A model generated the notes under the pieces. That model did not search any database, was not told the DNA's origin, and was given only the letters and a program-made list of their open reading frames with translations. From positions 19,571 through 83,570 of the forward strand of contig DAIDIE010000018.1 of the NCBI GenBank assembly GCA_027459505.1: a DNA stretch of 64,000 nt, in the 5' to 3' direction. Positions 49,461 through 60,136 of the stretch are shown piece after piece; the first letter of the stretch is position 1, and every line of letters starts with the position of its first letter. The position numbers and the translations under genes are program-made. This DNA is from Acidobacteriota bacterium. Its GTDB lineage: Bacteria; Acidobacteriota; Terriglobia; Terriglobales; SCQP01.

Positions 49461-50430
49461 ACCGGCCTATGTGGAGTTGAGGTCTTCCAATGCCGGGCGC
49501 CGGGTTTTGCGCGCCGACCTGACCATTGCCGCCACAACGCTCATCTGGGGAGCGACGTTCCTGGTGGTGAAGGATGCGCTTCGCGATAGCACCCCGCTGA
49601 GCTTCAATGCCCTGCGCCTGACATTGGCAACGGCTCTCTTGCTGGTGGTTTACTGGCGGGACGCGCGGGCCTTGTTTCCGCTGCGGCTGAACGGCGGAGT
49701 CTGGCGGGCCGGGCTTTTGTTGGGGCTCTTTCTGGGGGGCGCATACGCGATGCAGACGGATGGGCTGAAGTATACGTCGTCATCGCATTCCGCGTTTCTC
49801 ACCGGGGTTTCCGTGGTCCTGGTCCCTTTTATGGTGTGGCTGCTGGCGCGCGCGAGAGGACTGGGCGTCAGCCGGCGGTTGCGGTTGCACCACTGGCTGG
49901 CGGCGGCAACGGCCCTGGCCGGCCTTTATTGTCTGACCTTCTTTGCAGGCCCCAAACAGGGCGGCCAGGTTTTTGGTATCGGCGGCCCCAACCTGGGTGA
50001 CTGGCTAAGCCTGGGATGCGCAGCCGGGTTTGCCGCTCATATTGTTGGGCTAGGCGAGTTCGCCTCACGCTTTAACTTTCGTCAACTCGCGGTTTTGCAG
50101 ATAGGGGGCGCGGCAGTGGTGAACGCAGTGCTGGCGCCGGTGCTGGAACATCCGCACGTGATCTGGAGTGAACGGCTTGTATTGACCCTGGTCGCGACCG
50201 CAGCGCTGGCCACAGCTTTGACGTTTACGCTGCAGGCCTGGGCGCAACAATACACCCCCGCGACCCATGCGGCAGTGCTGTTTGCCCTGGAGCCGGTTTT
50301 TGCCTGGGGGATAGCTCTGCTGTGGGGAGGCGAGCGGGTGACCCTGGCCTCAATGGTGGGAGCTGTCCTGATCGTAGGGGCCAACATAGGGTCCGAGGTT
50401 GGGGACTTGCGCGGCCGGCCTGTTCCCTAG
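49453..50430 (+). CDS. EamA/DMT transporter
   Basis: IWGATF, GDWLSL, LEPVFA; about 10 TM segments. Confidence 0.9.
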   Translation: MSEPAYVELRSSNAGRRVLRADLTIAATTLIWGATFLVVKDALRDSTPLSFNALRLTLATALLLVVYWRDARALFPLRLNGGVWRAGLLLGLFLGGAYAMQTDGLKYTSSSHSAFLTGVSVVLVPFMVWLLARARGLGVSRRLRLHHWLAAATALAGLYCLTFFAGPKQGGQVFGIGGPNLGDWLSLGCAAGFAAHIVGLGEFASRFNFRQLAVLQIGGAAVVNAVLAPVLEHPHVIWSERLVLTLVATAALATALTFTLQAWAQQYTPATHAAVLFALEPVFAWGIALLWGGERVTLASMVGAVLIVGANIGSEVGDLRGRPVP

Positions 50431-50577
50431 TCGTGGAACGACTCTGGCAAGAGGACCGCGGATGACCGCCTGGGATGGGGGCCCGGGAAGCCGCCCGGGT
50501 ACTGGCACCTTCTGGTACATTCCTGGTCATTCCGCATCCAATGGTCGAAGGCTATACTTTGCTCTGGAGTTGCCGCT

Positions 50578-52050
50578 GTGATGTCATCGCCGTCCACTTC
50601 TAGCGGATTTACCGCTGCCCTACGACTGATTGCGGTTCTGGCCATCGGCTTAGCCGTGGGTATGTGGGGAGGGTTACGCCACAGTGGAGCGAGTCCGGCG
50701 ACTTGGTCGGCAGAGTCGCTTTCCAGCCGTTTCCACCGGGTTGCGATGGATGTGTCTCCCGCGGTGGTCAACGTGCGGGTCGAGGCGGAGAGCCCAGGGG
50801 CAAAGGCGGCACCTCCGGAGAAATCCAATAAATCCTTAGAGCAATACTTTAAGATCTTCCCCCCGCTGCCGCATTCGGAGCGGAGCGAGGGATCGGGAAT
50901 CATTCTCGATCCGAGCGGATTGATTCTGACCAACCGGCACGTAATTGAAGGCGCCGACCAGGTGCAGGTGGTATTGGCCGGACAAGAGCAGCCGATTCCA
51001 GCGACGCTGGTGGGTGAAGACGCGGAGAGCGACCTGGCGGTACTGCGGATTCATGTGAACAATCCGCTTCCAGTGGCGCATTGGGGGAATTCCTCGAATT
51101 TGCAGGTCGGCGACTGGGTGTTGGCAGTGGGAAGCCCATTCGGGTTACGGCAAAGCGTTACGGCGGGGATTGTCAGCGCAATGGACCGCCATATTCCGGC
51201 GGAACACAATCTGCAGGGGTTCATCCAGACCGATGCACCCATCAACCCGGGCAACAGTGGCGGGCCGCTGGTGGACCTGCGAGGAGGAGTGGTTGGCATC
51301 AACACTGCTATCTACACTGAGTCCAATGGGTCGCAGGGGGTAGGGTTCGCGCTGCCGGCGACAGTGGCGAAGAGTGTTTTCCAGCAGATTGTCCGCTACG
51401 GGCGGGTGCGACGCGGGTCTATTGGCGTGTACTTTGAACCCATGCTGTCTCCCTCGGTGCGCCGTGTGTACCATTTGCAAGCGGGGGTGCCTGTGGCAGA
51501 AGTGCAGACGGGTGGACCGGCGCAGAAGGCTGGGCTCAAGGACGGCGACATTATCACCGCCGTTAATGGCCGGTCGCTGGAGGATGGCAGCGACCTGGTA
51601 CACGACATCGTGAACCGGCAGGTCGGATCAACGTTGCAACTGCAATACCTGCGCGATGGGCAATTGCATAATGCCGAGGTGACGGTCGCTGACCGTGACA
51701 GCTTATTCCATAAGCAGCCGCCATTCCAGCCGGTGCATACATCTTCAGCGCCGCTTCTGGGGCTTGAGATCAAGAGCATCGACAGCACGGTGCAGAAAAA
51801 GCTGGATCTGCCCAATCAGGAAGGGGTGCTGGTGCGCAGTGTAACGCCAGGCTCATTTGCCGATAATATTGGCGTGCAGCGCGGGGACGTGATCCTGGCG
51901 GTGAACCGGGTTCCGGTGAAGGGCGCTCCGGTTTACCGGCAGGTGCTGAAGTCCTTGCGTCCGGGGCAAGACATTGCTTTTGCACTACGGCGATTGAGCC
52001 CGGATGGACACTGGACGCGCTGGTTTGCAGGCGGCAGCTACTTACAGTAA
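50578..52050 (+). CDS. degP: DegP/HtrA serine protease with two PDZ domains
   Basis: GSGII, LTNRHV, DLAVL, IQTDAPINPGNSGGPL. Confidence 0.9.
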   Translation: MMSSPSTSSGFTAALRLIAVLAIGLAVGMWGGLRHSGASPATWSAESLSSRFHRVAMDVSPAVVNVRVEAESPGAKAAPPEKSNKSLEQYFKIFPPLPHSERSEGSGIILDPSGLILTNRHVIEGADQVQVVLAGQEQPIPATLVGEDAESDLAVLRIHVNNPLPVAHWGNSSNLQVGDWVLAVGSPFGLRQSVTAGIVSAMDRHIPAEHNLQGFIQTDAPINPGNSGGPLVDLRGGVVGINTAIYTESNGSQGVGFALPATVAKSVFQQIVRYGRVRRGSIGVYFEPMLSPSVRRVYHLQAGVPVAEVQTGGPAQKAGLKDGDIITAVNGRSLEDGSDLVHDIVNRQVGSTLQLQYLRDGQLHNAEVTVADRDSLFHKQPPFQPVHTSSAPLLGLEIKSIDSTVQKKLDLPNQEGVLVRSVTPGSFADNIGVQRGDVILAVNRVPVKGAPVYRQVLKSLRPGQDIAFALRRLSPDGHWTRWFAGGSYLQ

Positions 52051-52260
52051 AGTACCCCGAAGGGCACCTTCGACCTCTAGCAATGGGTCGGGACCCCGAG
52101 TAGGCTGCACAGAGAACCCTCGAATCGTGGGTTCGGTGCATAGTTATATCGCGGCAGTGGGTTGAGGCGAACCACGGAGCAGGAGAAGCGGGCTCTCCGG
52201 ACTATGCTGATGGGCATGGCCTTCGGCAACTCTTTGCAGTTGCCATTCAGGAGTTGAGAA

Positions 52261-52884
52261 TTGGGAATTCAAGCCTGTTCAATCATTTCAAGCTTAGGCC
52301 GGCGGCCACTGGGACGCTGGCTAGTGTTCGCTCTGGTGTTTGGGTTCAGTTTGCCGGTGTGGGCAAGGCATGTGGTGCGCCATCACAAGGCGCGTACCCA
52401 CGTAAGCCGGCATTATGTACGGCACGTGGTTCGACGTCGTGCGCCGGTTCGCTATAAACGCCGGGTGATCCGGAAGCGGCATGTGGTGCGACGCTACGGT
52501 CGCGGGCACTACCGGCATGTGCGCTACATTCGGCGCCGCCGGACTCCACACTGGAGGCGGCGGGTCTCGATATCGAGCAACCGGGCGACACAGATCCAGC
52601 AGGCGCTCGTGAAGGCGGGCTACCTGACGCAGGCGTCCGGATATTGGGATGAGGCGACGCGTCTGGCGCTGAAACGCTATCAAGCTGATCATCACTGGCA
52701 GAACCGGGTGGTGCCGGACTCGCGCGCTCTGATTGCCTTGGGTCTGGGCCCCACTCCGACTCTGGCCGTGCTCTCCGGGCCAGGGTCCCAGGCGCTTCCA
52801 GTGGAAACGGTCGCGGCCAGCAATGCACCTGCGGCGGATGCGGCTTTACAGAGCAACGCTCAGCCGGCCAGTGGCGGCAACTGA
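52261..52884 (+). CDS. Secreted Arg/His-rich protein with peptidoglycan-binding domain
   Basis: Signal peptide, cationic low-complexity tract, QIQQAL...GYL...G.WD..T..AL.RYQ. Confidence 0.75.
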   Translation: MGIQACSIISSLGRRPLGRWLVFALVFGFSLPVWARHVVRHHKARTHVSRHYVRHVVRRRAPVRYKRRVIRKRHVVRRYGRGHYRHVRYIRRRRTPHWRRRVSISSNRATQIQQALVKAGYLTQASGYWDEATRLALKRYQADHHWQNRVVPDSRALIALGLGPTPTLAVLSGPGSQALPVETVAASNAPAADAALQSNAQPASGGN

Positions 52885-52920
52885 GTTTTCTTCCTCTCGA
52901 CTGCTATTTCAATTGTTCAG

Positions 52921-52958
52921 AAGAGCCCGCGGGGGCAGCCACTCCGGCGGGCTTTTTT
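52921..52958 (+). terminator. Rho-independent terminator
   Basis: AGAGCCCGC...GCGGGCTTTTTT. Confidence 0.7.
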
Positions 52959-52992
52959 GCGCTTTCAGTTAAACTGAAGTTGGAGTGATTTT

Positions 52993-53250
52993 ATGGCCCT
53001 TGATGTGGTTGTTTACAGTCAGCCTGGGTGACCGCCGTGCCGCACAGTTGCGGATTTCCTTTCGGCGAAAGGAATCAAGTTTGTGTCCAAAGATGTGACG
53101 CGTGATCCCGAGGCGCTGCGCGAATTGACCCAGGTTTATCACAGCCGGTCGACCCCGACCGTGGTGGTCAATGGGCAGGTGATGGTAGGCTTTGATCCGG
53201 TCCGGCTGCAGGTGTGGCTGGCGGAGGCGGGGACGCCGGAGCAGGGTTGA
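52993..53250 (+). CDS. Selenocysteine-containing glutaredoxin/NrdH-like protein (UPPC)
   Basis: MALDVVVYSQPG-TGA(53029)-PPCRTVADFL...STPTVVVNG..MVGFD; SD GGAG; hairpin CCGCA-CAGT-TGCGG at 53040-53053. Confidence 0.8.
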
Positions 53251-53413
53251 TTTTGGGCTGGTTTTCGCTCCAGATTGGCCGCAAGACGCCCATGCCTGGC
53301 ATGGGCGTCTTGCTGTAGGCCTTGGCACGTTTTGTGTGGCAACTGAGTTTTCCCAATGAACTGCATTTTCAACCCGAACGCCGGTGAAGCAGGTGAAGGT
53401 CAGGGCGGATGCG

Positions 53414-53869
53414 ATGAGTAACCGGCCCAGCGATCCGCGCACGCAGGCGCGCGAAGCGGTCATGCAGATGATCTACGCCATGCAGCTCACGGGGCAAAGT
53501 TCCGGAGAGGTAGAGCGGTGGTACGTGCAGAACCACCCGTTGGAAGCGGAGGTGCGTGAGCTGGCGGGGAGATTGCTGGAATCCGCTGTCGCCAACGACG
53601 AACGCATACGCGAGTTGCTGACGCGCCACTCGCATGGCTGGCGGTTGGAGCGGATGAGTACCGTCGATCGTAGTCTGCTGATGCTGGGGGTAACAGAGCT
53701 GCTGCGGGAGCCACCCGTGCCAGCGGCGGTGGTCATCACCGAGACGCTGAAGCTGGCACGCCGTTTTTCCCAGCCGGCAGCAGAGAATTTTCTGCATGGG
53801 GTATTGGACGCTGTGGCCGGGGAACTGCGCAGGCAGAAGGCAGAAGCGGCGGGCCAGCCAGGCGAGTAG
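53414..53869 (+). CDS. nusB: Transcription antitermination factor NusB
   Basis: RTQAREAVMQMIY, WRLERMSTVDR, VVITE, FLHGVLD. Confidence 0.92.
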   Translation: MSNRPSDPRTQAREAVMQMIYAMQLTGQSSGEVERWYVQNHPLEAEVRELAGRLLESAVANDERIRELLTRHSHGWRLERMSTVDRSLLMLGVTELLREPPVPAAVVITETLKLARRFSQPAAENFLHGVLDAVAGELRRQKAEAAGQPGE

Positions 53870-53902
53870 AAGACTGCCCCAAAGGATTCAATCGAACTTT
53901 CG

Positions 53903-53928
53903 TGAACCTGGCGCCACTTTCTCTCGTA
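53903..53928 (+). promoter_or_regulatory. ECF-sigma (SigW-like) promoter candidate
   Basis: TGAACC-N16-CGTA ending 33 nt upstream of the 53962 start. Confidence 0.5.
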
Positions 53929-53961
53929 TTGGAGTTGAGGAAGGGACAGGAGTGACGGCCA

Positions 53962-54549
53962 ATGTATTGCAACCAGTGCGGGCAACAGATTGCGCCTGAG
54001 GCGAAGGTTTGCACGTTTTGTGGCAGGCAAGTGGCGGGCGGTGCGAGTGGGGAGCAGCCGGCCCTTCATCCAGTTGCAGCGGCACCGGCGCCTGGGACCG
54101 GCTATCCTGCCGCGGCGTATTATCCGAGCCGGTCGCAGACGCGGGTGGCGCGGCACTTTAAAACATTGGGTGTGCTCTGGTTGATTTACGCGGCGCTGAG
54201 CTTTGGCGAATCGGTGTTCCTGCTGACAATGGGGCATTGGGGGCCATGGAACTGGCCAATGATGCACATGGGCCCAAACCTCATTTGGGTTCCGGGCTGG
54301 ATGAACGGCATGGTTCGAATTGGCGGATTTATTGGATTGTTTGTCAGCGCACTGCGCGCGGCGGCGGGGGTGGGACTGTTGGAGCGGGCCAGTTGGGCGC
54401 GCATCGTATCGATTGTGGCCGCAATCGTGACCTTGCCGAGGCTTCTGCTGGGGACGTTGCTGGGCATATACACATTGGTGGTCATGTTCAGCGATAACGC
54501 CGAGCAGCAGTGGGCTGCATTGTCGCAACGCAGCACTGGAACAATTTAG
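53962..54549 (+). CDS. Zinc-ribbon domain membrane protein
   Basis: MYCNQCG...CTFCG followed by 3-4 TM segments. Confidence 0.8.
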   Translation: MYCNQCGQQIAPEAKVCTFCGRQVAGGASGEQPALHPVAAAPAPGTGYPAAAYYPSRSQTRVARHFKTLGVLWLIYAALSFGESVFLLTMGHWGPWNWPMMHMGPNLIWVPGWMNGMVRIGGFIGLFVSALRAAAGVGLLERASWARIVSIVAAIVTLPRLLLGTLLGIYTLVVMFSDNAEQQWAALSQRSTGTI

Positions 54550-54626
54550 GGAAGCTTCATGGAGGGGGCGACGCTCTGCTCGGGTCGCAGGCCCGGCAGG
54601 TTTCGTGAGCGGAGCCGAGCTTGCAA

Positions 54627-55796
54627 TCAGCGCAGATAGACGGCGGCCATGCGGCCGACGCCATAGGTGACGACGGCCTCGAGCACGCCGACCAAGGTCA
54701 TTTCCGCTCCGCTCCAAATCCAACTGCGATTGGTGAACAAGGACTTGGCGGCGCCCACGGCAAAGTGGGCCAGCAAGCTCACCGCAAAAGCAGCGATGAC
54801 GGCCGGCATTCCAGACAAGAAGAAGAAGGGGATGACTGGAATGATCGCTCCGGCCGCGGTGGACAATCCGGCCGACCAGGCAGCCGGGCCGGGCTTGCGG
54901 CTCGGTTCGCCGCTCATGCCAAGCTCTTCGGAAGCCATGGTGCGCAGGAACTGATCCGGATCCTGGCGTAGACGTTCCACCAGGGTCGCGGCTTCGGCCT
55001 CGGTAAAGCCCTTGAGCTGGTAAAACAGGCTTAACTCCTCCAACTCTTCTTCGGGATCCTGCTCTATTTCCAGCTTCTCGCGGTGCAGTTCCGCTTCGTA
55101 GAGCTCGCGTTCGCTTTTGGCGGCGAGGTATGCGCCGGCGCCCATGGAAAGGGCGCTGGCGATCATGCCGGCGATCCCGGAGATGAGCACGAAGCGGCCG
55201 GTATCGCTGTAGCCAGCCACACCGGAGACAATACCGAAGACCGCGCCTAAGCCGTCGTTGGCGCCATAAATGGCGTCGCTGAGCCAGTTGTGCTCATGCC
55301 GATGCCAGTGTTCCTTGCCCAGCGCGAAGGAAAGGGCGCGAGCTGGTCCATGCGCCTGCGACAGCACGCGGAGCTTACGGGCATGCGAGCGCTCATCGCG
55401 CTCAATTTCAGCCAGTACATCGCCAGCTTCGGGGCCGTAGCGGCGCTCCATGTCGCGGTAGTCTTCGGCGGTTTGCTCCTCACCGGCTTCGCGGCGGCGG
55501 ATGGCGGCCTCCGTTCCCACATTGCCGGCAAGCCAGAGGCGAAGGCGGCTCAACACGTTCAAACGGGGGGGTGGAATGCGGCCGCCAAACTGTAGCAGCT
55601 TGTGCTCCCAACGGCGGGCGTGCTCATCTTCACTTTCCGCTAGGCGTAAGAGAAGGTTGCGGCGGTTGGCGTCGGACTCCTGCCCGGCGAGTTTGCGATA
55701 CATAGCGGCGTCTTCGCGCTCGGCGAATAGATTTCGCTCAATGAGCCGCAGCAGCTCTGGTGTGCCCTTGGATGGTTGCTGTTCAGTGTCGCTCAT
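54627..55796 (-). CDS. Ferritin/rubrerythrin-like domain fused to VIT1/CCC1 transporter
   Basis: ExxH motifs (EDEH, ERSH); IYGANDGL, ALSMGAGAY. Confidence 0.88.
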   Translation of the reverse strand: MSDTEQQPSKGTPELLRLIERNLFAEREDAAMYRKLAGQESDANRRNLLLRLAESEDEHARRWEHKLLQFGGRIPPPRLNVLSRLRLWLAGNVGTEAAIRRREAGEEQTAEDYRDMERRYGPEAGDVLAEIERDERSHARKLRVLSQAHGPARALSFALGKEHWHRHEHNWLSDAIYGANDGLGAVFGIVSGVAGYSDTGRFVLISGIAGMIASALSMGAGAYLAAKSERELYEAELHREKLEIEQDPEEELEELSLFYQLKGFTEAEAATLVERLRQDPDQFLRTMASEELGMSGEPSRKPGPAAWSAGLSTAAGAIIPVIPFFFLSGMPAVIAAFAVSLLAHFAVGAAKSLFTNRSWIWSGAEMTLVGVLEAVVTYGVGRMAAVYLR

Positions 55797-55975
55797 CACA
55801 AGTTCCCGCTTTTTTCCGCACCTGGACTCATGGAGGGTGGCCGCGGCACGAAGCTTGCATTGCGCCGGGTGCGCCGTCACTCGCGGCGCAATCGCCGCTC
55901 TCCCCATGTTACCTTTGAAGGTTGGCCTGTGTGGAAAATGGGAGCTGGAGCACTGTGCCTGTCCTCAGCGTGAGT

Positions 55976-56137
55976 ATGATTTTGCGCGCCCTGTATTGGG
56001 TGGGGTTTCTACTGGCGCTGACGGGATTGGCATTGCGCTTCTGGATGAACCAGCCGCAAGCGGGGCTGGTACTGGCGATAACCGGAGTGGGGCTGGTGTT
56101 GGCGGCGCGTGTGAATGCCGCCATCCGCCGCCGGTAG
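55976..56137 (+). CDS. Small two-TM hypothetical protein
   Basis: 53 aa with two hydrophobic helices and a basic C-terminus. Confidence 0.45.
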   Translation: MILRALYWVGFLLALTGLALRFWMNQPQAGLVLAITGVGLVLAARVNAAIRRR

Positions 56138-56278
56138 GCGCCGCAGCGCGTAGCCGCAACGGCGGAGCGATGCGCGGAGCGAGGATTTCCGGTTGCCGGA
56201 ATGCCGAGCTTCGCACTCTCGGCCGGGCCGTCAAGTTTAGACGTTCATTGCTTTGAATATGGAAAGGTGGTTTGCCGG

Positions 56279-57523
56279 ATGCAGTTCAATGGCGTTACTG
56301 TTCCCGCCGACGGCCAGGTAATCGATTACCGCGAGGGCCGTTACGTTGTTCCCAACCGTCCGATCATTCCCTTCATTGAGGGCGATGGCACCGGGCGCGA
56401 TATCTGGAAGGCCAGCCAGCGCGTGTTTGACGCGGCGGTGGAGAAGGCTTCCGGCGGGCAGCGCAGTGTTGCCTGGTTTGAGGTGTTTGCCGGGGAGAAG
56501 GCGTTTCAGAAGTTCAATGAATGGCTGCCCAACGACACGCTGGAAGCAATCAAGAAGTACCGCGTGGCGATCAAAGGGCCGCTGACGACGCCGGTGGGCG
56601 GTGGCATCCGCAGCCTGAACGTGGCGTTGCGGCAGTTGCTGGATCTATATGCGTGTGTGCGGCCGGTAAAGTACTACGCCGGGGTTCCCTCGCCGGTGAA
56701 GAGCCCGGAGAACATGGACATAGTGATCTACCGCGAGAACACCGAAGACGTTTACGCGGGCATTGAGTTCAAAGAGGGTTCGCCGGAGGCGCAGAAGCTG
56801 ATTGAATTTTTGGGCAAGGAACTGGGCAAGAAGATCCGCTCCGACTCCGGCATTGGCATCAAACCGATGTCGGTATATGGCTCCAAGCGGCTGGTACGCA
56901 AGGGAATTCAGCACGCGATCGAGAATGGCCGGACGGTCGTCACGCTGGTACACAAAGGGAACATCCAGAAGTTCACCGAGGGTGCGTTCCGCGACTGGGG
57001 CTATCAGGTGGCCAAAGAAGAGTTTGGTGACGTCTGTATTACGGAAGAAGAATTGTGGCAGGCGCCTTACAACGGCAAATTGCCGCCAGGCAAGATCCTG
57101 GTCAATGACCGTATCGCGGACTCGATGTTCCAGCAGATTCTGACTCGCGCCAATGAATATCAGGTGGTGTGCACGCCGAACTTGAACGGCGACTACCTTT
57201 CCGACGCCTGCGCCGCGCAGGTGGGGGGCCTGGGCATTGCGCCTGGGGCGAACATGAGTGACGGCTTCGCCATTTTTGAGGCTACCCACGGCACCGCGCC
57301 AAAATACGCCGATAAGGACGTCATTAACCCGGGTTCAGTGATTCTGAGCGGAGTCATGATGTTCCAGGCGCTGGGCTGGAAGGACGTGGCCGACAGCATT
57401 GAACTGGCATTGGCGGCAACGATCCAGCAGAAGAAGGTTACTTACGATCTGGAACGCCTGATGCAGGGCGCGACCAAGCTCAAGACCAGTGAATTTGCCT
57501 CGGCCATTATCGCCAACATGTAA
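56279..57523 (+). CDS. icd: NADP-dependent isocitrate dehydrogenase
   Basis: [55 protein letters not shown]. Confidence 0.97.
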   Translation: MQFNGVTVPADGQVIDYREGRYVVPNRPIIPFIEGDGTGRDIWKASQRVFDAAVEKASGGQRSVAWFEVFAGEKAFQKFNEWLPNDTLEAIKKYRVAIKGPLTTPVGGGIRSLNVALRQLLDLYACVRPVKYYAGVPSPVKSPENMDIVIYRENTEDVYAGIEFKEGSPEAQKLIEFLGKELGKKIRSDSGIGIKPMSVYGSKRLVRKGIQHAIENGRTVVTLVHKGNIQKFTEGAFRDWGYQVAKEEFGDVCITEEELWQAPYNGKLPPGKILVNDRIADSMFQQILTRANEYQVVCTPNLNGDYLSDACAAQVGGLGIAPGANMSDGFAIFEATHGTAPKYADKDVINPGSVILSGVMMFQALGWKDVADSIELALAATIQQKKVTYDLERLMQGATKLKTSEFASAIIANM

Positions 57524-57596
57524 ACCAGGGGCGGGCCGCCCGGAGGGGCGGGCCGCCACGTTTGCGGGCAGGGAACTGCCCGCCGGAGGATGATTC

Positions 57597-58523
57597 ATGC
57601 GCAAGAAAGTCACCGTTGTGGGCGCCGGAAATGTGGGCGCCACCACCGCCCATTGGATAGCCGCGCGCGAGCTTGCCGATGTCGTGCTGACCGACATTAT
57701 GGAAGGCATCCCGCAGGGCAAGGCTCTCGACCTTATGGAGGCCACGCCTATCATCGACAGCGATGTTCGCGTGACGGGCAGCAATAGCTATGAGGAGACC
57801 GCCAACTCCGATATCGTGGTCATTACCGCGGGTTTTCCGCGCAAGCCAGGGATGAGCCGCGACGACCTTCTGAAAAAGAACCACGAGGTCATCGCCGCCA
57901 CGGTGGAAAAGGTGGTCGCGCAGTCGCCGCAGAGCATCTTGATTCTGGTCACCAATCCACTGGACGCGATGGCGCAGTCGGCCTACCGGCTGAGCAAGTT
58001 CTCGCGCAACCGGGTGATTGGGATGGCCGGCGTGCTGGATTCGGCGCGTTTCGCCACCTTTATCGCCATGGAACTGAACGTCTCGGTGGAGAACGTGAAT
58101 GCGTTTGTGCTGGGTGGACACGGCGACACGATGGTGCCGCTGCCGCGCTTCACCACGGTGGCCGGCATACCGATCACCGAGCTGATGCCAGCGGACAAGA
58201 TTGAGGCACTGGTGCAGCGTACGCGGGATGGTGGTGCGGAGATAGTGAAGTACCTGAAAACCGGCAGCGCCTACTACGCGCCATCGGCCGCCGTTACCGA
58301 TATGGCGGAGGCAATTCTGAAGGACAAGCGCAAGATCATGCCCTGCGCCGCCTTCCTGCAGGGCGAGTATGGCATTCGCGATCTGTTTGTCGGGGTGCCC
58401 TGCAAGCTGGGCGCTAACGGCATCGAACAGATCATCGAGGTGAAGCTGAGCGCACAGGAGCAAGCGGAGTTGAAGCGTTCGGCGGACGCGGTGCGCGAGT
58501 TGACCGCGACGATTGGAGTCTAG
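57597..58523 (+). CDS. mdh: Malate dehydrogenase (LDH-like)
   Basis: [33 protein letters not shown]. Confidence 0.96.
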   Translation: MRKKVTVVGAGNVGATTAHWIAARELADVVLTDIMEGIPQGKALDLMEATPIIDSDVRVTGSNSYEETANSDIVVITAGFPRKPGMSRDDLLKKNHEVIAATVEKVVAQSPQSILILVTNPLDAMAQSAYRLSKFSRNRVIGMAGVLDSARFATFIAMELNVSVENVNAFVLGGHGDTMVPLPRFTTVAGIPITELMPADKIEALVQRTRDGGAEIVKYLKTGSAYYAPSAAVTDMAEAILKDKRKIMPCAAFLQGEYGIRDLFVGVPCKLGANGIEQIIEVKLSAQEQAELKRSADAVRELTATIGV

Positions 58524-58746
58524 TCCGGGTACGTTGCGTGAACGCGGATTGAGCTGCCGTATGCGGCGCTTTCACGAGCGGCGCCGCATACGCCCGCAGC
58601 ACGGAAGCGCCGGGGAATGAGCGTTGGTGCGGCGGCTCCGCCTGAGGGCGCCGCTGGGAAGCCGTTGTCCGCGCGAGCGCAAGGTGAGCTGAGTCACACA
58701 TTTTTAGGGAGTAAATCCGCTCCGAATTCAGAAAGGAACAACTGTC

Positions 58747-59262
58747 ATGAGTGTTGAACGTCCCAATGCGGTTACCCTGCGTGGTGCGCCGTTTACCCTG
58801 GTTGGTCCGGAGTTGAAAGCTGGCAGTAAACTGCCCGATTTTACCGTGGTCGACAACAGCCTGAAGCCGGTTCACGCCGCCGATACCAAGGGGAGCGTGC
58901 GGATTTTCAGTGTGGTTCCGTCGCTGGATACGCCAGTGTGCGATCAGCAGACGCACAAATTCAACGATGCGGCCGGGAAGTTGAACGGGGTGAAGGTATA
59001 CACCGTGAGCATGGACCTGCCGTTTGCGCAGAAGCGCTGGTGTGGGGCGGCGGGCGTGGATCACGTTGAGACGCTCTCGGATTATCAACAGGCTTCCTTT
59101 GGCGCGGCGACTGGGACGCTGATTAAGGAACTGCGGCTGCTGGCGCGGACGGTGTTTGTGGTGGACAAAGACAATACGGTCCGCTATGTCGAATACGTGC
59201 CCGAAGTCGGACAGCATCCCGATTATGAAAAGGCGCTGGCCGCGGCGCGTGAGCTGAGCTAG
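58747..59262 (+). CDS. tpx: Thiol peroxidase
   Basis: VPSLDTPVC, SMDLPFAQKRWC, LARTVFVVD. Confidence 0.95.
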   Translation: MSVERPNAVTLRGAPFTLVGPELKAGSKLPDFTVVDNSLKPVHAADTKGSVRIFSVVPSLDTPVCDQQTHKFNDAAGKLNGVKVYTVSMDLPFAQKRWCGAAGVDHVETLSDYQQASFGAATGTLIKELRLLARTVFVVDKDNTVRYVEYVPEVGQHPDYEKALAAARELS

Positions 59263-59289
59263 GCCAGGGAGCATCCACGGTTTGCACCC

Positions 59290-59328
59290 GCGTCCCTTTT
59301 CCCTTGGGAAAGGGACGCTAAATTTTTT
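59290..59328 (+). terminator. Rho-independent terminator after tpx
   Basis: GCGTCCCTTT...AAAGGGACGC followed by a T-run. Confidence 0.7.
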
Positions 59329-59391
59329 AGAGGCCGTCGCGACGGGAAGTCAAAGTTAGCGGCACGGCCGCAGTATCCTGAACACACGCCC

Positions 59392-60057
59392 ATGCCCTAC
59401 GATCTCAGCCCAGTGGAAGTCCGTGTCCTGGGGGTGCTCTTTGAGAAAGAGACCACCACGCCGGAGTACTACCCGCTCACCTTGAATGCGCTGATCAACG
59501 GTTGCAACCAGAAGTCGAACCGCTGGCCGGTAACGCAGTATGACGAAGGAATGGTGCGGCAGGCGCTGGACAGCCTGCGACAGCGAGGCTGGCTGCTGGA
59601 GGTGAGCGAGGCGGGCGCGCGCACGCTGAAGTTCCGTCAGCGGCTCTCGGAGGTCTGGAATCTGCGCCGTCAGGAGCAGGCTCTGCTTTGCGAGCTGTTG
59701 CTGCGGGGGCCGCAGACGCCGGGGGAGTTGCGCAGCCGGGCGGAACGCATGGCTGATTTTGCCGATCTGGAAGAGGTGGATCGCTATCTGCGGCTGCTGA
59801 TGGAGCGTGAACCGGAGCCGGTAGTGATGCGGCTGGCGCGGCAAGCCGGGGCGCGGGAGGCGCGCTTCGCTCATTTGCTGGCTGGGGTTCCGGAAGCCGG
59901 CGGCCGGGAAAGTGGCGAAGAAGAGGGTGGAGGCAGTGCCGAATCAGTAACTGCCGGCAAGATTGCGGCGCTGGAAGCGAACGTGGCATCGTTACGGCAT
60001 GAGCTGGAACAACTCCGTACGGAGTGGCGGGCCTTCCGCAGCGCCTTCGGGGAATAG
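59392..60057 (+). CDS. yceH: YceH/DUF480 family protein
   Basis: EVRVLGVL.EK..TTPEYYPLTLNAL...CNQKSNR, LLLRGPQTPGEL. Confidence 0.92.
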   Translation: MPYDLSPVEVRVLGVLFEKETTTPEYYPLTLNALINGCNQKSNRWPVTQYDEGMVRQALDSLRQRGWLLEVSEAGARTLKFRQRLSEVWNLRRQEQALLCELLLRGPQTPGELRSRAERMADFADLEEVDRYLRLLMEREPEPVVMRLARQAGAREARFAHLLAGVPEAGGRESGEEEGGGSAESVTAGKIAALEANVASLRHELEQLRTEWRAFRSAFGE

Positions 60058-60136
60058 AACTGGTAGTTCTCCCCGAGTGACGCAGCAGGAGCCGTGGCTG
60101 CCGCGGCGGCAAGCTTCCGGCCGGAACGATGCGCTC

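Noticed and set aside
52050..52200. Hairpin-rich intergenic region after degP
   Set aside because: Stems are present (e.g. ~52106-52140) but match no RNA family I recognise; could be terminator or REP decay
53323..53338. Sigma-54 promoter TGGCACGTTTTGTGT
   Set aside because: The -12 GC is missing
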